64,000 bases of DNA from Carpediemonas membranifera BICM (taxonomy: Eukaryota; Protista; Fornicata). The stretch lies in the NCBI GenBank assembly GCA_019828565.1, contig JAHDYR010000033.1, positions 1 to 64,000 of the forward strand, read 5' to 3'. The translations under genes were made by a program, and so were the position numbers. Shown here in pieces: positions 37,888 through 48,523 of this stretch; position 1 is the stretch's first letter, and every line of letters begins with the position of its first letter. The notes beneath the pieces are model-generated. The model saw only the letters and a program-made list of their open reading frames with translations. It was not told where the DNA came from and did not search any database.

Positions 37888-38251
37888 GAGGATACCCCTC
37901 AGAGGTGACAGTGCAACACCCGAAATTTTGTCTATACACGTCATATACAAGGTCTAATGCATCTTTGCCAACCACTTTTAGCGTTTGTATGTGTCAGACG
38001 ATCGAGTTCTGAAGAGCGACTTTGGCCAAGTCATGCGACCTTATCCTGCACTGACGATACGAAAACCGATCATAAATATTTATTGAGACATCTGCATGCA
38101 GTATTAATGTGTCCAGAGGTGAAGCTAGGTCTATAGAGTACGCACGCCAACTTTACTACTGATCCGCGAGATTCGATCAAAATCGATCAAAGAAACTGGA
38201 ACCAATTCTGGAACTATTTGTTCCAGAAAAGGTACCAGAATTGACTGCATG

Positions 38252-39588
38252 AGGGCAGCAGTCCGATCTCTACCATCTGGCTGTAACCAAAACTGACTTC
38301 GTACGCAGTTTTGAGAACGAAAGCGCGGATCTTCAGCTCGCAGCCACGTGGCGTGAAGGGAGATGGCCTCAACGTGATCTGCACCGATACGGTGCCTTCA
38401 GCTTCTCGTATTCCACCTGCCGTTTGGATGCGTACAGTATCGTGGTTGATCCTGGTAACGGCTGGCGAGGAGCACAGATCGGGAGATATCGTGGCACAGT
38501 CAGCACCAGAGTCTAGTAAGACCTTCACTTCGGCCTTCTCGATGACTCCATTGACTACAGGCAACGACCCTCCACCTGACGCAGCGGAAAATAAACACTT
38601 CGCCCCGTTTACTGGGGACTTAAAACGACAGAACTTCTCGAGGTGACCCTGCTTCTTGCAAACCGGGCATGTGGCACGATCCCGCGGGCACTTGAAGGAT
38701 GGATGGCCCGTCTCGCCGCAGTTGTAGCACACCAGCTCGCGCTTGCCCTCTCCTCGTTGGTTCGGGGCTCTTGCGGCTGGCTTATCCTGATGATGAGGCT
38801 TGGCGATTGGCTTGGGGGCGGGATGGGTGGGTTCGTGGTGAAGACCGCGATGGGGTTTGCCCGACTTAGCCTTGGTTGACGACTGCTTGTCGGTCATTCC
38901 GATGGAACGCAGCATGGCACGGGATTCCTCGATATCGCGAGCGATATCAATCACCCGCGGCATAGCCAGTTCGAGGGAGAAGCCTTCGGTGAGATCCTTA
39001 ACCTTGTACTGAACGCGCGAATTATCGGGTAGCTTAAAGCAACGCGCGTAGGTGTCGCAGAGGATCTCAGAGTCTACCCCGGGATCAACAAGGGAGAGGA
39101 GGGTTCTGAACCGTCGGTTCACTCGAACCACCTCCTGCGGAGTAAAAGGACGAGATGGAGAGACGGAACAAGTCGAGACGGGCAGAAAAACGGGACGGTT
39201 GCAGTGCTCTACCGAGCCGCTTGAGGACGCGGTCGTCTTTAGCGAGACGCTTGGCCTTGCGCTTACGCTTGTGCGTCTTTCGGACAGCTGCGGTTAGGAT
39301 GAGGGACTGCTGGAGGGGTTGCTCGTCGTCTTTAGGCGTTCCGGCTACTGGTGAACCTTCATCGTTCACGGGGACAGAGGCCTCAGCCGAGGGGATGGCT
39401 TCAGAGGCCTTGGCGAAGAGGTTAAAGCCGAGAGCGTCAGCGTACCGTTGGACTTCGGTGTCAATCATGTCGGCAACGTCGGCATCACCGCCTTTGGCTC
39501 GGTACTCGGACAAATCCTCGGCGAATCGGACTAACGACTCAATGGTCGTCTTCTTTAGCATAGGCATATTGTTATAGAGCGTCATCAA
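38252..39588 (-). CDS. Element D gag-protease (one frameshift near 39100)
   Basis: Two CCHC knuckles CYNCGETGHPSFKC and CPVCKKQGHLEKFC; LLDSGAD protease. Confidence 0.93.
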
Positions 39589-40281
39589 AACGTGGAATAC
39601 TAGTATTGTGGTTCGTTTGACGAACTATGTTTACAAGAGGAGAAGACTCGACACAATGGTGTCGAGGAGAAACTCCTTGACTAACTAATATCATATATAA
39701 ATCTGTGTAATCTTGGGTGAGACCCATGACACTGGATCACCCGACGGCTGTGGCACCCCTCGAGGCGCTGGCTCGTCGTCGCCGCTGGCGATGATGATCC
39801 CCATCTGATCGGGACCTTAGCACGTCCTAAACTATAAACTGCTGTCTGAGAAGCTTGATGTTGCTTAATTGAGACTAATGGACCGCTTGCGAGGAAGAAT
39901 CCCGTCGAAGATCCGAAGCTTTCGTGAAAGTTCTTGTATCTCGCCAACGAGGGCCTATTGAGGCCAATGGAGGTCATTTTCAGCACCTAGGAGCTCTTTA
40001 GCTCAATAACCTCCTTCAATGGAGTTGTTCGTCTTCACGCTCAACTATCTAATCAAACCATCGCATTTGATGGGTTTCGGATGAAATATCATAGACCAGT
40101 CCTCGCCGCCGCGCCCGTTACTCGTGGTCGTTACCACTGGGAGGGAAGTGTCAGCGCGGCACTTCAATCAAATATTTATTTGATTGATGATCCGATCCGA
40201 TCCCCGGGCAGGGTCCCGAATCGTCTTTTTGTTTTGCTTGTAAAGCTTCACCCCCCGTTTCGTCTGCGAAACGAACAGGGC

Positions 40282-40839
40282 CACGACAAGTCGGTCAACA
40301 ACACCATGAAGAAGGCTGACGAGAAGAAGGCCGACCTGGACGCGAGTAGGACGCTTGTCGAGGCGCTGCTCCGGTTCACAGTCAAGCGGTTCTCAGAGAC
40401 CTCACTCAGCGATGCCGCTAAGGAGGCGTCAGCAGAGCTCGGCATCGCCATCAAGGAGATCGAGAAGTCCGCGCTGGACGTCGCCCACCGGGATCTGGCG
40501 AAGACTGTCTTCGTCAAACGGGAGAAGGGCAGCGACGAGTCGACCCCATACACACCCACGGGCAAGCAGGCCGTCTCCAAGCTCAAGACGGAGCTCGGCA
40601 GGTACCGCAGGCTGAGTACGGCCATAGAGAAGCTCGAGGGGTCTGTTACTGAGCGGGAAAGCCTGAAGACGGTCGCCCTGGGGACCTCAAGGCTCAACTA
40701 CCTCGACCCCCGCATCACAGTGGCGTGGTGCCGCAGAGAGGGGTTCCCCATCACCAAGGTCTTCAACAAGACGCTGCTGACCAAGTTCCCCTGGGTCCTG
40801 GATGTGCCCGCAGAGTGGCGGTTCAGGCCAGAGGAGTAA
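40282..40839 (+). pseudogene. TOP1: DNA topoisomerase IB, fragment 3 (linker + C-terminal catalytic domain)
   Basis: HDKSVNNTMKK...VALGTSRLNYLDPRITVAWC...VFNKTLLTKFPW...WRF with the catalytic Tyr. Confidence 0.95.
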
Positions 40840-40928
40840 AGTTTGGGTAAAGGGAGCACGCACCACGGCTATAAGCTCAGTCCAGCGTCAGGGCTTGCGA
40901 GCATGTCCAGGATGCTAGGCGATCAAGG

Positions 40929-42914
40929 GTGCAGTTTATGTTCATGCCAATCTCGCAGTTCATGCCAATCTCGCTAGGCGCAAGAGAGGAGGCGCTTTTA
41001 GCTGAATATATCGCCAGTAAGAAGGAACCACTGCACCCAGATACCTTTGAAAATGATCTTTACCAGGAGCGCGTCTCAAGAGACATGGAAAACGTTCAGC
41101 ACCTCAAATCCAAGCGAGCAGAGATGGATAGACTCATTAGCGGCATAGATGATCTTGTTTCCAACGTTCAGAAGCTCGAAAAGTGGTGGCAGGAAGCCTC
41201 CGAGCCAATGCGGAATGTCGCTGGTGTAACCGAGCGCGTCGAGAAGCTTTCCTCGGTCACCCGCATCCAGGCAGACAACCAGCAGGCTCTATACGCCCGT
41301 GTACGCGCGATGCTGGACAACACGAGCGTCCCCAGCTACCTGACGCCGGACTACATTGAGCAGCTCGCCCTCGGATCGTCCACTGGCCAGGAGGACCTCC
41401 AACGCGCATGTGAGGCAGTTTATGCAGCTAAGACTGCTGCCGATAAGGAGCAGAGTGAGTTGAAGGGCATGGCTGCGATCAAGGAGCAGCGGGCCCGCAC
41501 TGACCGGATTGGCCGAGTCCTCGGCAGCAAGGTCTCGGACTTCCTCGAGCCCAACGTCCGCACCCTTGCCGACTCCTTCATGCAGCTGCAGACCCGGACG
41601 GAGCGGTACCCCCTGACAAACGCCCTGTCGCCCTTTGGACCCGTGCTGTCGCTGCTGGGCGCCATCGACCCAGACCACCACGCCTCGACACTGGCGGTGC
41701 TGCGGCAGACCATAGAGGGCATCATGCTCGCGGACACCGACGACGAGGTCGCCGCACTCGCCGGGTGCACATGCGCGGAGGAGTTCGGCCAGCACGCGGC
41801 CACAATCCTCGCCATCCTCGCCGCGACGCTCTCCCAGGACGCGCCATTCCTAGTAGAGCTCATGGCAGGCGGGGAAGACGGTATCCGGTCGACCCCAGCA
41901 GCGGAGGAGGCCGTGTCCGCGGCCGTGGTGGCCTTGAGCACAAGGGCGGCAGATGTTGTCAGCGAGGTCCTCAAGACCCTGCCCGATCCCACGCTCGTCC
42001 TCAGTGTCGCCTGTTTGGTCGAGCAGTTTAAGGATAACTCTTTGAATGAAGCCAAGACCCGCAGCACGAATGAGACGGCCACCGCACTGGCAGCCGAGAC
42101 TCTCACTGCGGAGCTGACTGCGACGATCAAGGAGGCCGGGGCGTCGCTCATCCGGGACGTCGTGGCCACGCATCTCGCGGCCCTCGTCAGCCCCAAGGTC
42201 GCCGGCGTGCCCGAGCCTGTGCGCCACGTATGCGACGCCATTGGCCAAGTTCTTGCCCTCCCGCCATCCACCGTGACCGCGGGTGTGGCGTCGGACCTGG
42301 TTGGGCAGCTGATCCGGTGGCTCAACAACTCCGCCGCCACCAACAGCAAGTACCGGTCCATCTTCATGCTCGAGACCCACCGCTACCTGGCCGATCGGCT
42401 GGCCGCGTACAGGGACAAGGCGAGCGGGGCTGTCCTCGAGGCCGTCAGTCGGGACCTGGAGGCGGTCGAGGCCGCGGTAACAGAGAACCAGAAGAATTAC
42501 GTCGCCTGGATCTACATTGAGGCGTTCACCAAGTTCCTCGCGGCCCACAACATCATGACGAGCGCCAGCAAGGGCGAGGACGGGGACGACCGGGTGATCC
42601 GTGCGGCGTACGCCAAGGCGAAGAAGCTCTTCACACAGCACTCGGCATACCTCAACAAGACCGTGGACGGCGTGATCAAACGCATCAGCAAGCACACGCA
42701 GGACGAGGCCGTCATCACCACGGCCTTCGCCCTCGTGGCCGACCGGTTCCTGGCGGATTACAAGGCCTTCCACGAACTCACTGGGGCGTCGCTGGGGTCT
42801 GCCGAGCAGAGCAACATCGTCGGGCCAGACGCTGTGAGCTTCGCCCTCAACAGCGCCAGGAACCGGCTGGAGAAGGGCGGCACGACTCCCCGCATACATG
42901 GGCTGGCACATTAG
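40929..42914 (+). CDS. SEC3: Exocyst component Sec3/EXOC1-like (start uncertain)
   Basis: Coiled coil LISGIDDLVSNVQKLEKW...RIQADNQQALY; C-terminal KYRSIFMLET and VIKRISKH. Confidence 0.65.
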   Translation: MQFMFMPISQFMPISLGAREEALLAEYIASKKEPLHPDTFENDLYQERVSRDMENVQHLKSKRAEMDRLISGIDDLVSNVQKLEKWWQEASEPMRNVAGVTERVEKLSSVTRIQADNQQALYARVRAMLDNTSVPSYLTPDYIEQLALGSSTGQEDLQRACEAVYAAKTAADKEQSELKGMAAIKEQRARTDRIGRVLGSKVSDFLEPNVRTLADSFMQLQTRTERYPLTNALSPFGPVLSLLGAIDPDHHASTLAVLRQTIEGIMLADTDDEVAALAGCTCAEEFGQHAATILAILAATLSQDAPFLVELMAGGEDGIRSTPAAEEAVSAAVVALSTRAADVVSEVLKTLPDPTLVLSVACLVEQFKDNSLNEAKTRSTNETATALAAETLTAELTATIKEAGASLIRDVVATHLAALVSPKVAGVPEPVRHVCDAIGQVLALPPSTVTAGVASDLVGQLIRWLNNSAATNSKYRSIFMLETHRYLADRLAAYRDKASGAVLEAVSRDLEAVEAAVTENQKNYVAWIYIEAFTKFLAAHNIMTSASKGEDGDDRVIRAAYAKAKKLFTQHSAYLNKTVDGVIKRISKHTQDEAVITTAFALVADRFLADYKAFHELTGASLGSAEQSNIVGPDAVSFALNSARNRLEKGGTTPRIHGLAH

Positions 42915-43077
42915 TAAACTGGTGTCGGGCCTGGGTCGTGGAGACGCGGTAACATGAGCATGGATCAAGCTAGGGTGAGGCGTGCCCATAAGCAACAGGC
43001 ACAGTCACTCCAGCGCCGCATTGAACGCCTGTCCGAAGACCATTTCGCACTTTAGTTCATTTGCCGCCTCAGCCGAT

Positions 43078-43446
43078 ATGGCTTCAGTTTTCCAGCAACG
43101 CCTTGAACAACACGCCAGTAAGGCTAAACAGCTCCATTCAATGACGGAGTCTCTCGGTATGGCGGCGCTGAAGAACGTAGACCAATATGCGAAAGAACTC
43201 GTCGGAGAGACGAACAACGACATCAACACACTCTTTAGCAACCAAAGACAGATTCAGCAGCTTGTTAAGCAGATCCAGGCGCGCCACATGACCATCAACA
43301 AGCAGTCGCAGACCTTCCTTTCCCTCATCGAGTCATTCAACACCTCAGTGGCAGAGCTTGAGGACGTCAACTCCTTCATCCGCACCACCCACGCTAATAT
43401 GTGCGCTGTGGCTGATAATCTGAAGTTCATCGAGAGCAGCCTGTGA
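43078..43446 (+). CDS. BLOC1S1: BLOC-1 subunit 1 (GCN5L1)
   Basis: LFSNQRQIQQLVKQIQ...LIESFNTSVAELEDVNSF pattern; about 122 aa. Confidence 0.8.
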   Translation: MASVFQQRLEQHASKAKQLHSMTESLGMAALKNVDQYAKELVGETNNDINTLFSNQRQIQQLVKQIQARHMTINKQSQTFLSLIESFNTSVAELEDVNSFIRTTHANMCAVADNLKFIESSL

Positions 43447-43819
43447 GGTGCGAGGCCAGACCAGACCCCGACCCAGCCCGTGGCTATTAGTCGCCAACCA
43501 GCGTACTAAACTAGGTTAATCGCGTTAGGTATGGACACAAGAAGCAGCTGCGTGCTGGTCCTTCCCCCGCATGTCAATGCATCCTGTATGCCTCAGACTC
43601 GCAGGTTGCAGCTTCAAGTCGGCGAGCAACGATTATGTGAGGTATGGGTACGGGTACGGGTAATACTGCAGATTACTGGACCATTCAGATTAATCGAATG
43701 TGGACTCTCATCAAATGAACGTTTGACGACGCACTTTTACGCTTGTGGGTCGTCAACCCTGTCTGGCGGAATCATTGTATGGACTATTCTCACGTTCACC
43801 GCCGTTGTTTTAAGGATCC

Positions 43820-44575
43820 ATGAGGGTGTCAAACAGCACTTACCTAAAAGTGCACATTCGAGGGCGCAAAAAGCTTTTGCGTGAGAAAAAGCTCTCAAAA
43901 CCATCCGGAGTGTATCGTGTCATGTTCTCATTCCGACTTACAATTAGAGGGAAGCAAAACAAACTGAAATTTACGGAGACCTTACACTTCACTGCCGATC
44001 AGTATGATCAGTTCGTTCTTATCGCAAGGGATCACGTCCACCGGCAATTAGAGAGCAAACCAAACGTATCACGCCATTATCAGCTTCCAGACGGTGAGCT
44101 TCAATGGTTTATCCGCACGAAGAAGCGGGAATCGGTCAGTGATTTCAGTGTCTTATCGCACCATAATTTCCACGCGCTCTGTAGTAACGCACTCAACGGA
44201 TATGCCGAGCAGGACCGTATTGATGTTTCATGTTGCCTGAAGTCGCTAGATCGGGAGACGGCGCCCAAGGCCAGTGTCCGCACGGTGCCGACCCTCACAC
44301 ACAGCAGGCCCACCACACAGCTGCCGCAGCACGGCCAGCCCGTACCACATCACCTGCAGGACAGTAGCAGTATCCTGGCGCACGGTCTGCCCGAGCTCCC
44401 ATCCTCTGGGCTGCCCCCACCTCAGATCGGCCAGCCCTCGGCCTACAACTACGGATCGTTCGAGTTTGTCGCGATCCACAGGAACCTTGTCCCTGCCCTG
44501 CGGGAGATGCTGGCGGGGATGGAGAATGCCCAGGTCTCGATGGGGCGGGACGACCACAGCGTCCACACAGTCTAG
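43820..44575 (+). CDS. Hypothetical protein
   Basis: 251-aa ORF; no recognised motif. Confidence 0.55.
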   Translation: MRVSNSTYLKVHIRGRKKLLREKKLSKPSGVYRVMFSFRLTIRGKQNKLKFTETLHFTADQYDQFVLIARDHVHRQLESKPNVSRHYQLPDGELQWFIRTKKRESVSDFSVLSHHNFHALCSNALNGYAEQDRIDVSCCLKSLDRETAPKASVRTVPTLTHSRPTTQLPQHGQPVPHHLQDSSSILAHGLPELPSSGLPPPQIGQPSAYNYGSFEFVAIHRNLVPALREMLAGMENAQVSMGRDDHSVHTV

Positions 44576-44856
44576 GCGGCTCAGTCGGATTAGAATTTAC
44601 ATAAAGTCCCTCTGTTTTGGGAGAAGGGTCGGGTGGCAGTTGTGGCGTTGACAAGCCTGTCGATCTGCCTCTCGTCGACACCTCCAGCTTTAAAACACCC
44701 GCTTGGTCTTCCTGGCATCTTCGTGTCAGATGCCATACATTCATTTCTTGTGACGTTTCCATGCCTGCGATCTCCCGATCTGGACATCTATCCTGCGATT
44801 TGCGCAAATCTGACAATTCATCGGCGTAGGTCCACAACCATCCAGAGCACAACTTA

Positions 44857-46123
44857 ATGTCACAGAAAGTTCGTTCCTTTGCTCTTAGTATTACATAGGT
44901 ACGTTCCACTGCTTTTACTTATCCAGGTCCATACTCGTATTACTCAAGAACACGTTGATGATCTTACTACCGCTGTAAGCGCCTTCGGCACAAAGAAATC
45001 TGATGGGTCGATGCCGCTTGTTCTTGTTCCCAAGCAGAGAGTCTGGGGTGATCCAATCCTGAAGGTTCCCGCCGGTGTGTACTGCCTCCTGCAGATTGAC
45101 GGCCAGGACGCCGGTCTGATCGAAGAGGGCCTGCACAAGGGCCTCATTGCCCCCAAGTACCGTATTGCGTACGCGGTCTCCCGCCAGTCTTCCACGTACG
45201 ACGCCCCCGTGCAGTCTTGTCCCACTGCAGACAACGTCATGGTCAACGTCGACGTCGTCCTCATCTTCAACATCACCGACCCCAAGCTCTTCGCCTACGA
45301 CCTCGGTGCCTCTCGCTTCGACGAGCTTCTGTCTGGCAACGTCGAGGAGGCCATCCGTGGTCTCATCCGGTCAAAGCTGTCCAACGAGATGTACGAGCTC
45401 CGCGGCTCCCAGGTCTCCTCTCTGCTCTCGGACCTCATCGAGAAGTTCAAGTCGTTCGGCGTCTCGTTCTCTGATGCCAAGATCACGAACATCGAGCTGC
45501 CCCAAAACTTCTCGGATACCCTCGCCAGGACCACCGTGTACAACGAGCGGATCCGCGTGGAGCAGAAGAACTACGAGTTTGAGCAGCAGAACCTGAGCAA
45601 CCGCATCAACCTCGCCCACCAGGAGCTCGCCCGCAAGAACGACATCCGCATCGTCAACAAGCGTGAGGAGAAGAACCGCGCCATCATCAATCAGCGCACG
45701 CAGCTCACCAAGGCCGCTGAGAACCGTAACACGCACGAGATTGAGGCCCGCGAGCAGGCCGACGTCATCAAACTCCAGGCCACAGCGAACCTGAACAAGT
45801 CTGTGAAGGACGCTGAGAGGGCCGCCACCCTGCTTGTTTCAAAGCACAAGGCCGACCTTGTGAACACCAATAAGGAATGCGCTGCTCAGATCACCAAGGC
45901 GAAGGCCATTGCCGCCGCTGTGTTGAAGGAGGCCGAGGCCAATGCGTCCTCCATCAGGGCCATGGCTACTGCCGAGGGTGACGCCGCTGAGATGCTCGCC
46001 GAGAAGCGTGCTTTCGACATTGAGATTGCCCGCAAGAGGGCGTATGCCCAGGTGGCGGAGACTGCCCGCATCATCATCAGCGATGAGAACGGCAAGAGCA
46101 TGCTCGAGAAGATGGGGATGTAG
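44857..46123 (+). CDS. SPFH/Band-7 domain protein; intron(s) 44869-44926
   Basis: CPTADNVMVNVDVVLIFNITDP, FGVSFSDAKITNIELP, AE-rich coiled coil. Confidence 0.85.
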
Positions 46124-46762
46124 AGAGTAAAGTGCAGTGTATAGTGTGGTTGTTGAGTCGGCTGACCCTGATGCTTGGCGGGTGCGGTGGGCATGGTTCA
46201 GGGCCTAGTCTCCGTCCCGCAGTCTGCCGGCAATCAGTCAGGCTGACGTCAGATCATGTGGTTGCGAAGATGGAGACACGACCATTGATCAGAACCGGCG
46301 CAGAGCATGTCAGGGCTGGCCATCACCGAAACTGTGATGGTGAACATGACATCTTGATGCGTCTGACAGATCACGATCGAGCGACGACCTAAAACTCAAT
46401 TTATACACTCACGTAAACATCAGCAAAACCGCGCCCCGCGCGGCATGAGGTGACTTGTTGCCTGGTTAGATGGCCGCCGAAGCAGCCCCCACCTGGCCTC
46501 GGTAGACGTTGAAGATAGTGCAGTTGTCCCGGATGAGAGACGCCGCGATGTCTCCCAGCATGAGGTCTCGGGCCCACTTGCCGTTCACGTGTGACTCTCT
46601 CAGACTGAATGGCCCGCTAGGGGGGAGCTTAGGCAACAAGAGGTTGGTACATTTAATGCCGCGGCAGTGCTGGGGGAGGGGAATGTATACGATAAATGGA
46701 GATACATAATTCACACACGGCCTAAACTGCACCCGAGCCATTTTGCCAAAACGAGCAATCTG

Positions 46763-47048
46763 ATGGAGCAGCCGTTCCCATACCTCCCCAAACAGCTTCT
46801 TCAAGCAAATGTCGATCAACTGTTCTGCGTCAAGCTCAAGTGGGGCCCTGAATACGTTGGTTTGTACACTCCACGTCATTTACCCAGGAACCTTCGATGC
46901 TGTGGACGAATTCATGAATGTTTCGTTGCGGGATGCGTCTGAATACATCATGGGCTCAAAGAAGGGAGCTGTCGGCGACATCGTTATTCGCTGCAACAAC
47001 GTGCTGTACATGCGTGAGCTCCCCAACGGGTATGACGCCGCTGAGTGA
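46763..47048 (+). CDS. SNRPF: snRNP Sm protein F; 28-nt intron 46860-46887
   Basis: VKLKWGPEYVG-TFDAVDEFMNVSL...GDIVIRCNNVLYMR. Confidence 0.88.
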
Positions 47049-47308
47049 TCGTCACCTTGCACCATACTCTCCGCTACTTGCACATAAACGTTCGTGTCGC
47101 CATAGGTTTTTCATTGGCTCGCTACCTTGGTTTATTGTATCAACGGCCCATTCGCTCTTCCGCTTCTATTCTTGAGGCAAAAGACGATCAAAGACCCCTG
47201 ACCATAGCGTGGTGACCCTTCAACGTGAGGATCGCTAAAGTGCACCGCATTCGGTGTCGTGGACGTGACGAAGCTCAAGATCCCCTCATGCCCATCCATC
47301 TCCGCGGA

Positions 47309-48506
47309 ATGTTTATGCTACTCATTATTCTTACCGCATTCCTCGTAAGAGCTGATGATGATGACATGTGCACCATGTTCTCGGATACATGCTCTGAGTT
47401 CGTCTCCTTCACTCTCTTTCTCACTCAGCTGCCTTTCAATGTACCCAGATTGCTCCTGGTGCAACGATGATGATCCAGCGAACCCCGGCAGCAAGGTTGG
47501 CTGCCACAACATGACCTCTTCAGCCACGACGACCTGCAAGATCAACGAGTACCACGCCATCGACGCCCTCACTGCCCCCAACTGCTGCGTTGATTCCACC
47601 GGATGCTCAGACTGCACGACGATGAGCTACTGCAACTACTGCTGGGACTCTTCCTCGGGCGATGTGTGCCTCCCCAACGCCGAGGGCGCCACCACCTTCA
47701 CATGTCCGGGCGGCTCCATCGACGTCAACACATGCTGCCACCAGTTCTCCGGAGACTGTGACAAGTGCACCAAGGGTGCATGCCGCTGGTGCGTCAAGGA
47801 CGGCAATGAGTCCTGCGTCGAACTGTCCAATCCCTCTTGCAAGAAGAAGTACGCCACTTGCTGTGGTACGACAGGCCACACGACATGCCCCATGTGCTTT
47901 GGTGACATCCACGCGATCGACCCAACCTCACCCCCCTGCGTCTGGTGCGAGTCGACCGACAAGTGCATCCACACCGACCTGGTCGACACGTGCGACGTGC
48001 CCAACCCCATCGGCCCAAACTACTGTGAGGACTCGTGTTTCACACACAAGAATTGCAAGACATGCACCAGCAACCCCCGCTGTGTGTGGCTGGCCAAGGT
48101 CCACTGGGACGAGTTCAGCATCGACCCGCTCCTCGCCGGCAACGCCTTCTGTGTGGCAGGGTCGCCGTTCGGCCCGAGCAAGGAGTATCTGGACTTCAAG
48201 AACCGATACTACTTTACGCCGGCGTCTTTCTACTGGGGCTCGTGCGAAGTGTCTGCCCACACCATCCGAGCCATCCTCATCACCATCGTCATCGCACTTA
48301 TCATGCTAATCCTGGTCATTATTTGCTCGATGTTCGCTGTTTCCACGCTCTACGCCCGCCGCAAGGTGGCGAGGCAGGAGAAGAGGAGGCAGCGGCTTCG
48401 GGACGACATGGAGGAGGCCGACCGGATGCTGGTTGACGACAGTGAGGACGCGGATGCCGTCCTGTTCGACGAAGTGGCGTGGTTTACGGAGGATGAGGAG
48501 CAGTGA
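47309..48506 (+). CDS. Cys-rich (PSI-like repeats) type I membrane protein; intron 47398-47428
   Basis: Signal peptide, repeated CxxC...CxWC, hydrophobic TM segment, basic then acidic tail. Confidence 0.8.
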
Positions 48507-48523
48507 ATGTATATTATATACGT

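Larger units (their letters stand above)
22534..38251. mobile_element. 15.7-kb TIR DNA element E inserted between protease and RT of D
   Basis: Perfect 56-bp TIRs CATGCAGTCAATTCTGGTACC... at 22534-22589 and 38196-38251; 2-bp TSD AG. Removal restores EIGLLPSMAQPSN in frame. Confidence 0.92.
17969..39731 (-). mobile_element. Ty3/Gypsy chromovirus D, nested in the chromodomain end of C in opposite orientation
   Basis: Identical 125-bp LTRs at 17969-18093 and 39607-39731; 4-bp TSD CTGG (17965-17968/39732-39735); minus-strand PPT GGAGGGGCAG at 18094-18103. Confidence 0.96.
13688..40277 (+). mobile_element. Ty3/Gypsy chromovirus C, inserted in TOP1 and expanded to 26.6 kb by nested D/E/F
   Basis: Identical 129-bp LTRs TGTCA...GAACA at 13688-13816 and 40149-40277; 4-bp TSD GGGC (13684-13687/40278-40281); PPT GGGAGGGAAG at 40139-40148. 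Confidence 0.96.

Noticed and set aside
3917-40277. TOP1 insertions removed as giant introns
   Set aside because: The TSD/LTR junctions (GTACC|TG, GGGC|TG) do not give frame-restoring GT-AG boundaries, and an in-frame stop remains.
40081-40281. N-terminus of the 252-aa ORF as part of TOP1
   Set aside because: It is read-through of element C's 3' UTR and LTR.
41289-42995. Long antisense ORFs over GC-rich genes (also over pol genes and RPS18)
   Set aside because: Shadow ORFs from codon bias with no recognisable motifs.
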